64,000 nucleotides of DNA from a virus, in IMG/VR virus record IMGVR_UViG_3300025141_000046, positions 29,275 to 93,274 of that record; one strand, 5' to 3'. This document shows, piece after piece, positions 40,901 to 49,422 of this stretch; position 1 is the stretch's first letter, and each line of letters starts with the position of its first letter. The notes beneath the pieces were generated by a model. It was not told the DNA's origin, ran no database searches, and worked only from the letters and a program-made list of their open reading frames with translations. The translations under genes and the position numbers were made by a program.

Positions 40901-41514
40901 GTAACAGTCTTGTTTTGTGCTAAGCTTTTCTGAAAAAGAATCTGATTGTCATTTGTAATATCAGGAATATAAAGTTGAAACTCCATGGTAAAAGGTTTTG
41001 TAGAAAAATCAATTATTGTTGCTCCATCTCTTTTGCTAGAAAATCCAGGAAAAAGATATCCGCTAGAGTCATAAACTCTAATATAATTTCCATCACTATC
41101 TGGTGCTGGACCTGCGGCGCCTGAAAAGTTTAGATATCCTACGTGCTTTGGAAATTTATCAAAGATATATTTTTCATAACCTGTTAGACCATCAAGGAAC
41201 GCTTCAACCTCTTTCCCAGTACCATCAAATGGAAATTCATTAATAATCTGGTCGAAAGCAATATTAACTTTAGACTGTGCTGAATCGAAAAAACAATGCT
41301 TTTCAAACTTTTCCCAATTTACAGGAATTTGCTGTGTCGACTTTATTCCCTGACCAGGTGAGTCATACCTGAATGATGATGTGCTTAATATGTTTGTATC
41401 TGCGAGCTGTTGGAGTAAAATATTACTATTATTTGAAACAAAATTATTCCTTCCAGGTTTCGTGGAAAAAAGAGAAGGTCTTTTGTTTATTTTTTTATTT
41501 CTGTCTCTTGCCAT
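37930..41514 (-). CDS. Baseplate wedge-like protein (P2 gpI/T4 gp7-like core) with LamG insertion(s)
   Basis: TPDQLIPMVAKYYGI...INLPYVIRSKGTTESIKSTIRSFGI gpI-like core; LamG FTMEFQL...KIYINS...FSGSLDELRVFH...LKLYFKFNE...VLDSSGNSLH. Confidence 0.75.
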   Translation of the reverse strand: MARDRNKKINKRPSLFSTKPGRNNFVSNNSNILLQQLADTNILSTSSFRYDSPGQGIKSTQQIPVNWEKFEKHCFFDSAQSKVNIAFDQIINEFPFDGTGKEVEAFLDGLTGYEKYIFDKFPKHVGYLNFSGAAGPAPDSDGNYIRVYDSSGYLFPGFSSKRDGATIIDFSTKPFTMEFQLYIPDITNDNQILFQKSLAQNKTVTLALSESLSTSTCKLIFGVNSGSISLFVSSSIEKGKFNQVSSVYDRGSDNKAKIYINSLLSSTSSNSALFDTLNLSRADFLIGSGTTISVNSKEMPGGSSTFTPLETFSGSLDELRVFHSIRSELDFKKYSSKTIYASDDLKLYFKFNEASGSYKPNDVVLDSSGNSLHSIINNYKTSLRLTGSILSPMTAEKINLSPILFPDHYLVKNFNQRLLLSASRYDLVNPNIITRLVPSHLFLEGQAADGFENLQGELYNPITGDSIPGSAKLGSSQMLTGFLFIYAKLFDEIKIVIDSISDFLNVDYDGYSTTPDQLIPMVAKYYGIQLPDLFSSSNIFEFIDGEDIGDAYAFAPKSLRDLQNQLWKRFLINLPYVIRSKGTTESIKSTIRSFGINPDSILTVREFGGPSKRSLDNLRKNIIKNLPLLDFSGSITATPGTEDAQGFFENIPYSISPYLSSSRVEPGYPKIQGAFVGRSPSLRNGISNNVDDGLLTSGSFSYEGYYRFLEKTRAKFNQPVSQSLARLCVTGSSIARGAIVANLVAVSGTQDRPTTLNLYVRSSLQASQPGIKLVLTGAEIFNGDPWYISFGRVRSDDIRSSMSQSYTALPISTEGSSSYFLSCGRSANGNIKESFFKSGLLGDEGLESAFENINTTHSVSGTFAVIGSQSLGTYTNLFLTDTGLDSVSGFSSGDLSMASTTDFAGRVGKIKFWSSAITGKQRREHTLNPSSYGSHNPRVGYDFTSMSTGSFERIRQDIQLTQPITSSDASGNLTLTNFTQEIGDMQARNFENSKKIISDELVFYSEISPKFDLSQTDNKIRVRSFNTAELLENHDYARPAPVYEVLRSEEPDDDSRFAIEFSSVKALDEDIMSMFSDMIFFDNAIGRPDLLFDEIYPDLDQARKLYFRRLFAKPEFQNYFSMFKWFNKSLTYIIEQLVPRNTTFLGVDFVYESHPLERNKFRYLFDDIYLLSNERSFDRGDILLSQYVGQLKKF

Positions 41515-41516
41515 TT

Positions 41517-43055
41517 TTAATTTTCTACCCTAAACTTAGCAGATTTTCCTTCAAATAGCTGGCTTATTTCACCTTCATTAATTTGAAAATCTATCGTGTA
41601 AAGTCTTCCTGGTGCAAGTGAGTCCATGTAAAAATCAAAATACATACCTTCAGAATCTGTTGAACAAAGTGTCGACTTTCTATCCTTTTCAAATGGAATA
41701 ACTATATCTCCTGAGATAACATCTCTTACTCGATAGTACATCTTTGTAAATATTTGACTTTTTGTTTCAATTGGTAATTTCTTAAAAACAATTGGTCTGT
41801 CAATATCTTCTGCAAAAATTCTAAATCTTACTTTGTCAGATTTTTTATAAACTGGTTTTAAATTTGTTATCTTCACCAGTATTCTGCTTGTATCATTATC
41901 AAATGCACTCCTAATAGATCTATGAATGACAAGCGATCCAGATAAAAATGCAAATGATTCATCCATGGGAGTCCAGACTGTTGTAAAACTAGCACTTGAA
42001 GCTTTTTTAACATGTGAAAATAAAGCAGTTTGTTCAAACTCACTAATAGCAAAGGATGCTGAGTATACACCTGTCATATACGTTAGCCCAAATTTATGCT
42101 GTGAGCCTGTTATATATTTTTGAAATAATGAACCGCTATCTATAGATCCGCTAACAAGCTTTAAGAGTAAGCAATCATCGCCAGTTATTTCTGTACCAGC
42201 GGATCCGGATATTAGATTTTTCTTTGCGCTGTTTAAACTATTATTCAAGAATAGACTTCCTGTTGTTTCAAAGAAAAATGATCTATGATGATCATGAATA
42301 GTATCATCATACTGGATGATTAATGCTGGCTTTTTAACATAGTTACTTGTCTGCAGGGATGAGAATCTCTTGACAAATCGCGTGTATTCATCTGTCTCTT
42401 CAGATCCAGAATAAGAGATTCTAAAACCACAATCTGGAATTGTATTTTTCAAAGTTGCAGATATTATTTTTGTTACATCTACTACGAGATTCTCATCGCC
42501 TGTTGCAAATGTTTGAGATTTCCATAAATTGACAACACCGTTTCCATCATTTAAATTTCCGCTAGATATGATATCAATATCGTCTGATCCGAGCAATCCT
42601 TGCTTATTTGCACCAGTTACAAACCATAAATCTGGAGTATCAGATAGAACAGATGCTGTTACAAAATTGCATGAATCTAAATCAGAATACTTTATAACGT
42701 CACGACCCATTCCCTCATCGAAAGATTTTGATAATGGAAATACTATTAGCTTAAAGTTATCAGGGGTGGTCTGGCCGCCGTAGACATCACAAAGCCTTAG
42801 CTGTACTTTGAATCTTTGTGAATTTAAGTCTAAAAAAGATGCAGTCATAGCTCTAATTGGGTTTAAATCAAATTTAACTAGAGCCCTACTAATTTCAATA
42901 GGATTTTCAATTGATCCAGAGCTAGATTCACCATACAGTTTGAACAAGTCAATAGTTGATGCCTTTCCTACATTTGCATCGGTTGCTCTAAATGAGTTTA
43001 CTATTATCTTATTTGTAATGTAAGTGTCTTTACTAGCAGTTAAAATTCTATACAT
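41517..43055 (-). CDS. Baseplate-associated structural protein (DNRLRE-like jelly-roll N-terminus)
   Basis: ASKDTYI...NVG...SRALVKFDL...PALIIQY pattern; lies between the wedge genes. Confidence 0.6.
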   Translation of the reverse strand: MYRILTASKDTYITNKIIVNSFRATDANVGKASTIDLFKLYGESSSGSIENPIEISRALVKFDLNPIRAMTASFLDLNSQRFKVQLRLCDVYGGQTTPDNFKLIVFPLSKSFDEGMGRDVIKYSDLDSCNFVTASVLSDTPDLWFVTGANKQGLLGSDDIDIISSGNLNDGNGVVNLWKSQTFATGDENLVVDVTKIISATLKNTIPDCGFRISYSGSEETDEYTRFVKRFSSLQTSNYVKKPALIIQYDDTIHDHHRSFFFETTGSLFLNNSLNSAKKNLISGSAGTEITGDDCLLLKLVSGSIDSGSLFQKYITGSQHKFGLTYMTGVYSASFAISEFEQTALFSHVKKASSASFTTVWTPMDESFAFLSGSLVIHRSIRSAFDNDTSRILVKITNLKPVYKKSDKVRFRIFAEDIDRPIVFKKLPIETKSQIFTKMYYRVRDVISGDIVIPFEKDRKSTLCSTDSEGMYFDFYMDSLAPGRLYTIDFQINEGEISQLFEGKSAKFRVEN

Positions 43056-43062
43056 TTATAAA

Positions 43063-44913
43063 CTACCCCGCTGTTCCGATGATATCATCTTCTGGAAATC
43101 TAAATTCAAAAATACTACCTGGCGGACAATTTATAATACCTTTGTTTGTCAAAGAATCTATTGACTCGCTAGTATTGCTATAAACTCTATCCTCATACGT
43201 CCCAGATATATTATAAAAGCTTAGACTGACAAGCGACTGTACATCCGGTGTATTAATTATAAGGTTTACTATATCTGTTGTTATAATTGGTGTGCCTATT
43301 TGAAAATTTTCAATTTCAAAATAATTTTTTAGCTGGGTATTGATTTTTTGAATAACAGTGTCAGTATTTGCTGTCATTGATGCAGCAATACTATAGTTTA
43401 AACCTACATTTAAAACTGCTGCATCAACTATATCAATTGCGTCAGATATCAATCTTGATTCATTTAAATATGTTTTTAGATTACTCTTAAGCGTATCAGA
43501 AGATATGACAAGTTTTTCATCCTTGTCCCTGCTAATAATTGAAATAACTGCTGCAAGTGGATTGTGGGGATTTGATCTAATTCCTACTCTAAAAACCCTT
43601 CCAAATTTACTTGGCATTGTATATATTCTGGCTATTAAGTCGTCTTTTGTTACCATTCTATTTTGTGAATTTCTACTAAGGTTTGCTATTGTCCGCATTT
43701 CATTAATAGTAGGTGCTCTTTCACCACCTTTGGCTGTGTCTCTATTTATAACCTCTAGCGATGCTCTTATTGAAGAGATATATGAAGCAGATACTGCAGA
43801 ATTAAATTTAGTAATTAGACTTCTTACTGTTCTTATTGATCCCTCGCTAACATTATGAGAGACTCCGCCGCCGTATCTATACCTTACAGTTAAAACTGTA
43901 TTTTGAGGAGCAACTCCCAAGGTTGTTGTTGAAAGAAGCTTGTTAGGATCAATTGTAAAATTAGTAATAGTTGTCCTTTTACCGTAGAGCGGCAGAGAGA
44001 GCTCTGAGGGATCTGGTAGAACGTCGTCGTCTGTTGATAAAGCAGATCCTCCTCCGAATCTTAGAGTTGTTTTTCTACTATTTGAAGAAGTTGATGCTAC
44101 AAATCTCCTGGGAGCCGGTATAACTTCGAGCTCTTCTGCGACTGAATCTCTATCGGGCATAGTGTTAATAACTCTCCTGTAGACTGTATCTCTTGTTAGT
44201 GCCTCGACCTCATACCATTCATTTCCGTCAGAGTCAATTACAGAAATTATCTCAGTTATATCTGTCATTCCTAAGCTCACAGTTCTAAACGGAACAAAAG
44301 AGTTTGAAATTGCAAATGTTTCTGTTCTATTGGCTGAAGATATACATGTCCCTGATCTCATTATAGAAAAGCTGGTTGGATCTCCGCCTGAATTTGATTT
44401 CATGGTAACATATGATGCATATAGTTCACCAGATGCCCTCTTTTTTCCCATGTCAATATCATCTGCAAGTGTAAACGTGATGCCGCCGCCAGAAGAAACT
44501 GTTGTACCAGCTCTGATGATAGGCATATACGTCGGATCGGGAACATATGTTCCGTCCACTTCCTTTGCAGGAATTTCCATATAAAATTCGACTTCAACAA
44601 TTGCAGGAGACGCTCCAACAATTTTAACGCCTGCATTTCTAATAAGCCTTTCGATATTTGACGTTTCAGATGCCTCGTCTAAACTTAGTTCTTGAAATTG
44701 ATGATCCATATAGTAAGACATAACATCGCCAACATAAGAAGTTAGCTCAATAAGCATACCTGCAAACCCATTTTCACTAAAGTCTGATATTTTATCAGAA
44801 AAGAATGTTCTAGAATATTGTGTTAAAGATGATCTAAATGAATCAAAATCTCTATTCAGATAGGACCGCTGAGAGTCTCTGATACTTTTTATTTTATTTT
44901 TTCCTGATCCCAT
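43063..44913 (-). CDS. Baseplate wedge subunit (T4 gp6 / baseplate J-like)
   Basis: YLNRDFDSFR...GMLIELTSYVGDVMSYYMD...LRFGGG...YRYGGG...GGERAPTINEMR...QNRMVTKDD. Confidence 0.88.
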   Translation of the reverse strand: MGSGKNKIKSIRDSQRSYLNRDFDSFRSSLTQYSRTFFSDKISDFSENGFAGMLIELTSYVGDVMSYYMDHQFQELSLDEASETSNIERLIRNAGVKIVGASPAIVEVEFYMEIPAKEVDGTYVPDPTYMPIIRAGTTVSSGGGITFTLADDIDMGKKRASGELYASYVTMKSNSGGDPTSFSIMRSGTCISSANRTETFAISNSFVPFRTVSLGMTDITEIISVIDSDGNEWYEVEALTRDTVYRRVINTMPDRDSVAEELEVIPAPRRFVASTSSNSRKTTLRFGGGSALSTDDDVLPDPSELSLPLYGKRTTITNFTIDPNKLLSTTTLGVAPQNTVLTVRYRYGGGVSHNVSEGSIRTVRSLITKFNSAVSASYISSIRASLEVINRDTAKGGERAPTINEMRTIANLSRNSQNRMVTKDDLIARIYTMPSKFGRVFRVGIRSNPHNPLAAVISIISRDKDEKLVISSDTLKSNLKTYLNESRLISDAIDIVDAAVLNVGLNYSIAASMTANTDTVIQKINTQLKNYFEIENFQIGTPIITTDIVNLIINTPDVQSLVSLSFYNISGTYEDRVYSNTSESIDSLTNKGIINCPPGSIFEFRFPEDDIIGTAG

Positions 44914-44924
44914 ATTTTTACTAC

Positions 44925-45443
44925 CTACATTAAGTTAAAAGATACTTTAAGAATATTATTCATCGAGTTATACGATGGTATGCTATATCTGATATTCATT
45001 TGAACTATAAGAGTAGCTGGGTCATTATTTTCAATAAAGACACTATTGAACTCTCCAAGCTGTATCATTGGTAGATACCTCCTGACAGCGGTTTGAATTT
45101 TTATCATTGCTGCACCGTCAAAATCATCAATTTTTGAATATTCTGCGCATAGAGGCCTTAGATTTGCACCATACTCTTCCATCATTGGCCTCTCACCGTG
45201 ATTTGTCATAACTAGCATTCTAAGATTTGTACTTATTGCGTTTACAACATCATAGTTCATTGCAAAGAGACCTGATCTTTCCGTACCTGGTGCTAGCGGT
45301 AAAATTACACCAATTGGATTTGGGGGCATGGTCTCTTCAAAAGACCCGCTCATAGCTGGTATATCAGCTAAAACAGCTGGAGTATCGCCTGCTGAGAGCC
45401 AGTCATATTCAAAATCAACTGTATCGGGTGTCGTAATACCCAT
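44925..45443 (-). CDS. Baseplate protein gp25/GPW-like
   Basis: AISTNLRMLVMTNHGERPMMEEYGANLR...IQTAVRRYLP. Confidence 0.85.
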   Translation of the reverse strand: MGITTPDTVDFEYDWLSAGDTPAVLADIPAMSGSFEETMPPNPIGVILPLAPGTERSGLFAMNYDVVNAISTNLRMLVMTNHGERPMMEEYGANLRPLCAEYSKIDDFDGAAMIKIQTAVRRYLPMIQLGEFNSVFIENNDPATLIVQMNIRYSIPSYNSMNNILKVSFNLM

Positions 45444-45513
45444 AAAAACCTCTAGTTACTAATTATGCTGAAATCGAAAAACATAGAATTTGATTCTAGC
45501 TAAATTATTGATA

Positions 45514-45702
45514 TCAGTTTTTTTCAAATTTAACGTAGGGCTTTAATAGCGTATCTGTGCTATTAATAATATTTTCGCAAACATTCGCAACGTCTGCTGT
45601 TTTAACAACAGATGCTCCCTGCATATTCCTATCAAGTGATTTGTAATATCCAATAATATAGTTTCTAATCTCAGCCAGCATTGTAATCTCTTCTTTTTTC
45701 AT
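45514..45702 (-). CDS. Small hypothetical protein
   Basis: Likely start MKKEEI at 45702 with GGGAGA RBS. Confidence 0.55.
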   Translation of the reverse strand: MKKEEITMLAEIRNYIIGYYKSLDRNMQGASVVKTADVANVCENIINSTDTLLKPYVKFEKN

Positions 45703-45751
45703 TTTTTCTCCCTTGCATTTCAAATGCACATGAGGATTCTAACAAAGTATT

Positions 45752-46015
45752 CTACTCTGGTATACTTTTCCATTTCTCCTCTGGGCATGATTTTGATTTT
45801 GAATACACTAGTGCTGGGAAAACACAGCCACATTTCCTGCACATTCCCCAGTGTAATCTTCCATTACTTTTTGAAATTACTTTGAGCATTGGACATGCTG
45901 AGCATATCTCTACTCTTTTTTCAACTTCTTTTCTAAACTTACTATCAAGAGATTTTCTATTAATAGACCTCTTTATAAAATTTAGCCACCCTTCATTCAT
46001 TTCTTTTATGCTCAT
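45752..46015 (-). CDS. Small Cys-rich metal-binding protein (DUF6171-like)
   Basis: RVEICSACP...CRKCGC...SCPEEKW. Confidence 0.65.
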   Translation of the reverse strand: MSIKEMNEGWLNFIKRSINRKSLDSKFRKEVEKRVEICSACPMLKVISKSNGRLHWGMCRKCGCVFPALVYSKSKSCPEEKWKSIPE

Positions 46016-46024
46016 ATTAATATT

Positions 46025-46567
46025 CTATTCACAAATTGAATCATCGCCTTCCAGGACTGCGCCTAGTGCAGCAATTGGAATCATAATAATCTCAGCAACA
46101 CATTCTAAATCAATGCTTGGATCAAAACCGAGGTCTATCATAAGCTCAACTATAATGTCTATTGTGGGAAGAGTGGGTAGTTCTGGAAGATCTGCTGCCC
46201 ATCCAATAACAAGATTAATCGGTATAAGCAACATTCCTAAAGCTATCTCTAGAGCTGCAAGCGTAAATTCAACATCGATGTCTGTTTTCAAGCTAACATC
46301 AAGACCCAATAGGATGCTGGGAAGATCAATGTCGCCAAGTTCAAATAACTTGAGTGGGTCTAGAGCAAGCTCTGGAAAGTCCAATCCGATACTTATAGCT
46401 AGATCAAGTGCAACTTGTATATCTTTTGGTTTATACAGTGCTATACAGACTGGCTCCAAGATGGGCATTACTGACACCATCATTGCTTCTACGATTGGAT
46501 CAAAGAACTCTGTAAATGTCTCGTCAGGTGCCGATAGGCAGTCTGCCATTGGTGATGTAACTCCCAT
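46025..46567 (-). CDS. Very acidic, Leu/Ile/Pro-rich hypothetical protein next to the spike gene
   Basis: 180 aa, almost no K/R; LPELPTLPT repeats; follows the spike gene by 6 nt. Confidence 0.6.
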   Translation of the reverse strand: MGVTSPMADCLSAPDETFTEFFDPIVEAMMVSVMPILEPVCIALYKPKDIQVALDLAISIGLDFPELALDPLKLFELGDIDLPSILLGLDVSLKTDIDVEFTLAALEIALGMLLIPINLVIGWAADLPELPTLPTIDIIVELMIDLGFDPSIDLECVAEIIMIPIAALGAVLEGDDSICE

Positions 46568-46573
46568 AGATTC

Positions 46574-48010
46574 CTACTTGATAAATACTTCTTCACTGAG
46601 CGCCTCAGCCACCGCAGTTGCCAGTGTTGAGCATGCTGCAGCTATTCCACCATCAACTATCGTTCCGCCCATATTTCCAAATGTAAATGGCATGGCTAAG
46701 CCAATAGCAGTGCTAAAGTCAGCCATAGCTTTTGCTAAATCTTCTCCGCGTATAACCTTTTGAGCAGATCTTGCAGAATTTGTTCCCTCGATGACAATTT
46801 TTCCGTCTGACGTGATGCATATCTCTGCTTGTGAAGATCCCTCTTTTATCATTCTAATGCTACCACCGTCTCTTGCTACCAGCCTTATCTCTGTTGACTT
46901 TGCAACTATATAGGGCATTGCCTCGACCTGCGGTGCTGATGAGTCTGTAAATTCTAGACCGAAGTTAGAATCTCCATCTGTCTTCATGGAAACGTAAATT
47001 CTTGAAAGATCATTCTCAAAATCAGGGTGGCCCTCAATCTCATTGGGAGATTCACCGGAAAAAGATGGGAACTTGTCACCTTCAAAATAGCTATAAAGAT
47101 CCTCACCTCTCTTTTCTATCTCTACGTCTGAAATTTTGGTCTCATCAGTCTGGCCTCGACCTGCAACTATATCAATTGTTCCTCTTCCAAAATCTGTACC
47201 TAGTAAATCTTGCACTTCTGACGGTTGTACAAGAGATGGTCTATCTTGCCCTAAATTAACCAGCGTGTTATGCGAGCCCTCTATTGTAAAATCACCAAGA
47301 AGAGGTGAGAATCGTGGAACTGGCTCTCCGCTAAATTGTGTTATGTAAGCGGTCGAAGAGGCTACAATTTGATCATATGAATTCTCACCAGGAAGTGTAT
47401 TTTTACTTGAGTTTCCGTTTCCGCCAGCAGGGAATCCAAAAACATCCTCTTGATCAAAATCTGCCGCCTCCTCGTCCGCGGCTTCGAGTGCACTTGTATT
47501 CTCTGTTGGGACATGCGAATATAGAAATTCTCTATCTGCGTGGGTATAGTTAGGATCGTCAACTTTTATATCAGAAGTAATTCTTGATACCCAATATCCC
47601 CTCCTAGATTTTTCACGCTGTAGTGTTTCGTATATTACCCATATCTTTTCGCCTGGCTTTACCGGCATTGACATGTGCGGGAATAATGGATAAAATATCT
47701 CCGGTGATGGTTTTGACCATGCTTCACCATCTGAAACCACTACTGCGGTGATAGACCTTCTAGGCATTTTTGATATGAGGTCCGTATTTGAAACACTGTT
47801 TATACCCTTGAGAAGAGACTCGCCATACGTCATCTCAGGATCGTTAGTCGGGTTTATTGCGAGATCTACGACAGGATTTGAGAAAAAATCTTTAACAACT
47901 GCTTCATATAAAATTCTACCGCTTCCGCCGCCTGCGGGTGAATTTAAATTAGCATTTGGATTTGTTTTTGTGCTATTTGATGTAGGTTCTCTGAATCTCT
48001 TAAGAGACAT
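46574..48010 (-). CDS. Baseplate hub/central spike protein (gp5/gpV-like)
   Basis: OB-fold YPLFPHMSMPVKPGEKIWV...YW; GDFTIEGSHNTLVNLG; beta-helix-like IVAKSTEIRLVAR...IVIEG; VIRGEDL...LSEEVFIK end; next to gp25 and gp6. Confidence 0.7.
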   Translation of the reverse strand: MSLKRFREPTSNSTKTNPNANLNSPAGGGSGRILYEAVVKDFFSNPVVDLAINPTNDPEMTYGESLLKGINSVSNTDLISKMPRRSITAVVVSDGEAWSKPSPEIFYPLFPHMSMPVKPGEKIWVIYETLQREKSRRGYWVSRITSDIKVDDPNYTHADREFLYSHVPTENTSALEAADEEAADFDQEDVFGFPAGGNGNSSKNTLPGENSYDQIVASSTAYITQFSGEPVPRFSPLLGDFTIEGSHNTLVNLGQDRPSLVQPSEVQDLLGTDFGRGTIDIVAGRGQTDETKISDVEIEKRGEDLYSYFEGDKFPSFSGESPNEIEGHPDFENDLSRIYVSMKTDGDSNFGLEFTDSSAPQVEAMPYIVAKSTEIRLVARDGGSIRMIKEGSSQAEICITSDGKIVIEGTNSARSAQKVIRGEDLAKAMADFSTAIGLAMPFTFGNMGGTIVDGGIAAACSTLATAVAEALSEEVFIK

Positions 48011-48014
48011 CTTG

Positions 48015-48374
48015 CTACCCCTCTATTTTTCCATAAATATCATTCACATCAATAGCTTTGTCTTCTTCTTTTGCTATGATCTCAGCAAGTCTCAAAATTT
48101 GATCATTAGATTTTGACATTCTTTCGAGATATTTTGACAAAATTGATCCGTAGGTGGCGTGATTGGTCAAGTTTCCCTGGGTCTGGAATAAAAGATCTGT
48201 AAGCAAAATACCTGCGTTCTCCCTATCACTCAGCGCATTTTCATATATTTCTTTCCACAGAAGTTTTTTCTTATCTGCTGTACTCTCTAGGGAGTCAAGA
48301 AGTTCAGAAAATTTTGATATCTTTTCTTCTTTTTCCCTTACTTTCTTCATGAATGACTTTTTTTCATTACTCAT
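48015..48374 (-). CDS. Helical protein, possible terminase small subunit
   Basis: 119 aa, all-helical (LWKEIYENALSDRE...YLERMSKSNDQILRLAEII); function is inference only. Confidence 0.4.
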   Translation of the reverse strand: MSNEKKSFMKKVREKEEKISKFSELLDSLESTADKKKLLWKEIYENALSDRENAGILLTDLLFQTQGNLTNHATYGSILSKYLERMSKSNDQILRLAEIIAKEEDKAIDVNDIYGKIEG

Positions 48375-49108
48375 ATTTTATCTCCAAAAAATAAAAGAAA
48401 ATCTCCCTTTCCGGTAATATCCCTGTAGTGTTTTCTAATTTTAGACATGGTTACTGACAGCTGTTTGGGTGAAAGGTTAGATATGTCTCGCAAGTACACA
48501 AAAACAGCTCTCTTATTAAGTAGCTCGAGATCGTCAACTCTGTCAAAAAGTGATATTATAGCATCCATACATGCATGCTCCCTTTCTGTCTTGAGCTGGT
48601 TTTTTATATCAGAAAGTATCTTTTCAAGATCTTTTCTCGATTCTCTTCTCATGATAGATACTTCTTGATTTGGGCCTACTTTAAATGATTCGTGTAGGTT
48701 AGCCGGTGAACCAGTCATCTCCTCAAGAGCATCTATACTTACATGCCGCTTGTTTAGCTTTGCAGTCTTTTTACTTTGTATGATGAGCCAATTTTTTGCC
48801 ACAACATTAAAATATGAAAATGCTTTGGTTCCTCGATCTGGATCAAATTTATGAAGGGTTTCGTATAAAAATGTTACGCAGTCACACTTAAGTCTCCCAA
48901 ATGCCTCTGGAGATTTTGCAAATTTGTGAATAAATATTAAATTTTCTGCAAGCTTATTAAATGCTGGAAGTATCTTTACAACGTATATTTCATGTTTCTC
49001 AGTAATCTGCGGTGCATTTTGAAAATCTCTTATTGCATCGTGAGTATCCATTGTAAAATAATTATTTTTTCCCTTTCCCTTCCTCCTCTTGATTGTTCTT
49101 TTTTTCAT
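48371..49108 (-). CDS. Phage late-transcription sigma factor (T4 gp55-like)
   Basis: NYFT...AFNKLAENLI...LHKFDPDRGTKAFSYFNVVAKNWL matches the sigma region-2 FDP...AF.YF pattern. Confidence 0.75.
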   Translation of the reverse strand: MKKRTIKRRKGKGKNNYFTMDTHDAIRDFQNAPQITEKHEIYVVKILPAFNKLAENLIFIHKFAKSPEAFGRLKCDCVTFLYETLHKFDPDRGTKAFSYFNVVAKNWLIIQSKKTAKLNKRHVSIDALEEMTGSPANLHESFKVGPNQEVSIMRRESRKDLEKILSDIKNQLKTEREHACMDAIISLFDRVDDLELLNKRAVFVYLRDISNLSPKQLSVTMSKIRKHYRDITGKGDFLLFFGDKI

Positions 49109-49422
49109 TTTTCAATACTTTCCTTATATTCTTCCAAAGAATCATCGGTTAATCTATTTGCAATCACTAAAAGTGAATCACGAGTCCTTCCTATGTCGTC
49201 AACAACCTGTCTTACTTCGACAGAGTCGAAAAAAATAGGTATTTCTAAAACTTTTGACATAGAGGTGTATCTTTGATCAATACTGTCTAGACATTCTTCA
49301 ATTGCATCTTGCATTCTTAATATGATTATTCCGTGCTTTATGTTAAAATAAATAGATATAACAAGAAGGACAAAAAGCAATAAAGACATAGCAAGAAGAA
49401 TATTTGAAAACCCTATTGACAT
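49105..49422 (-). CDS. Small membrane protein (N-terminal TM helix plus coiled coil)
   Basis: ILLAMSLLLFVLLVISIYF hydrophobic segment. Confidence 0.6.
   Translation of the reverse strand: MSIGFSNILLAMSLLLFVLLVISIYFNIKHGIIILRMQDAIEECLDSIDQRYTSMSKVLEIPIFFDSVEVRQVVDDIGRTRDSLLVIANRLTDDSLEEYKESIEK

Noticed and set aside
45882-46763. 293-aa plus-strand ORF
   Set aside because: Antisense shadow of three minus-strand genes; Ser/Ile-rich mirror composition, no motif or RBS.
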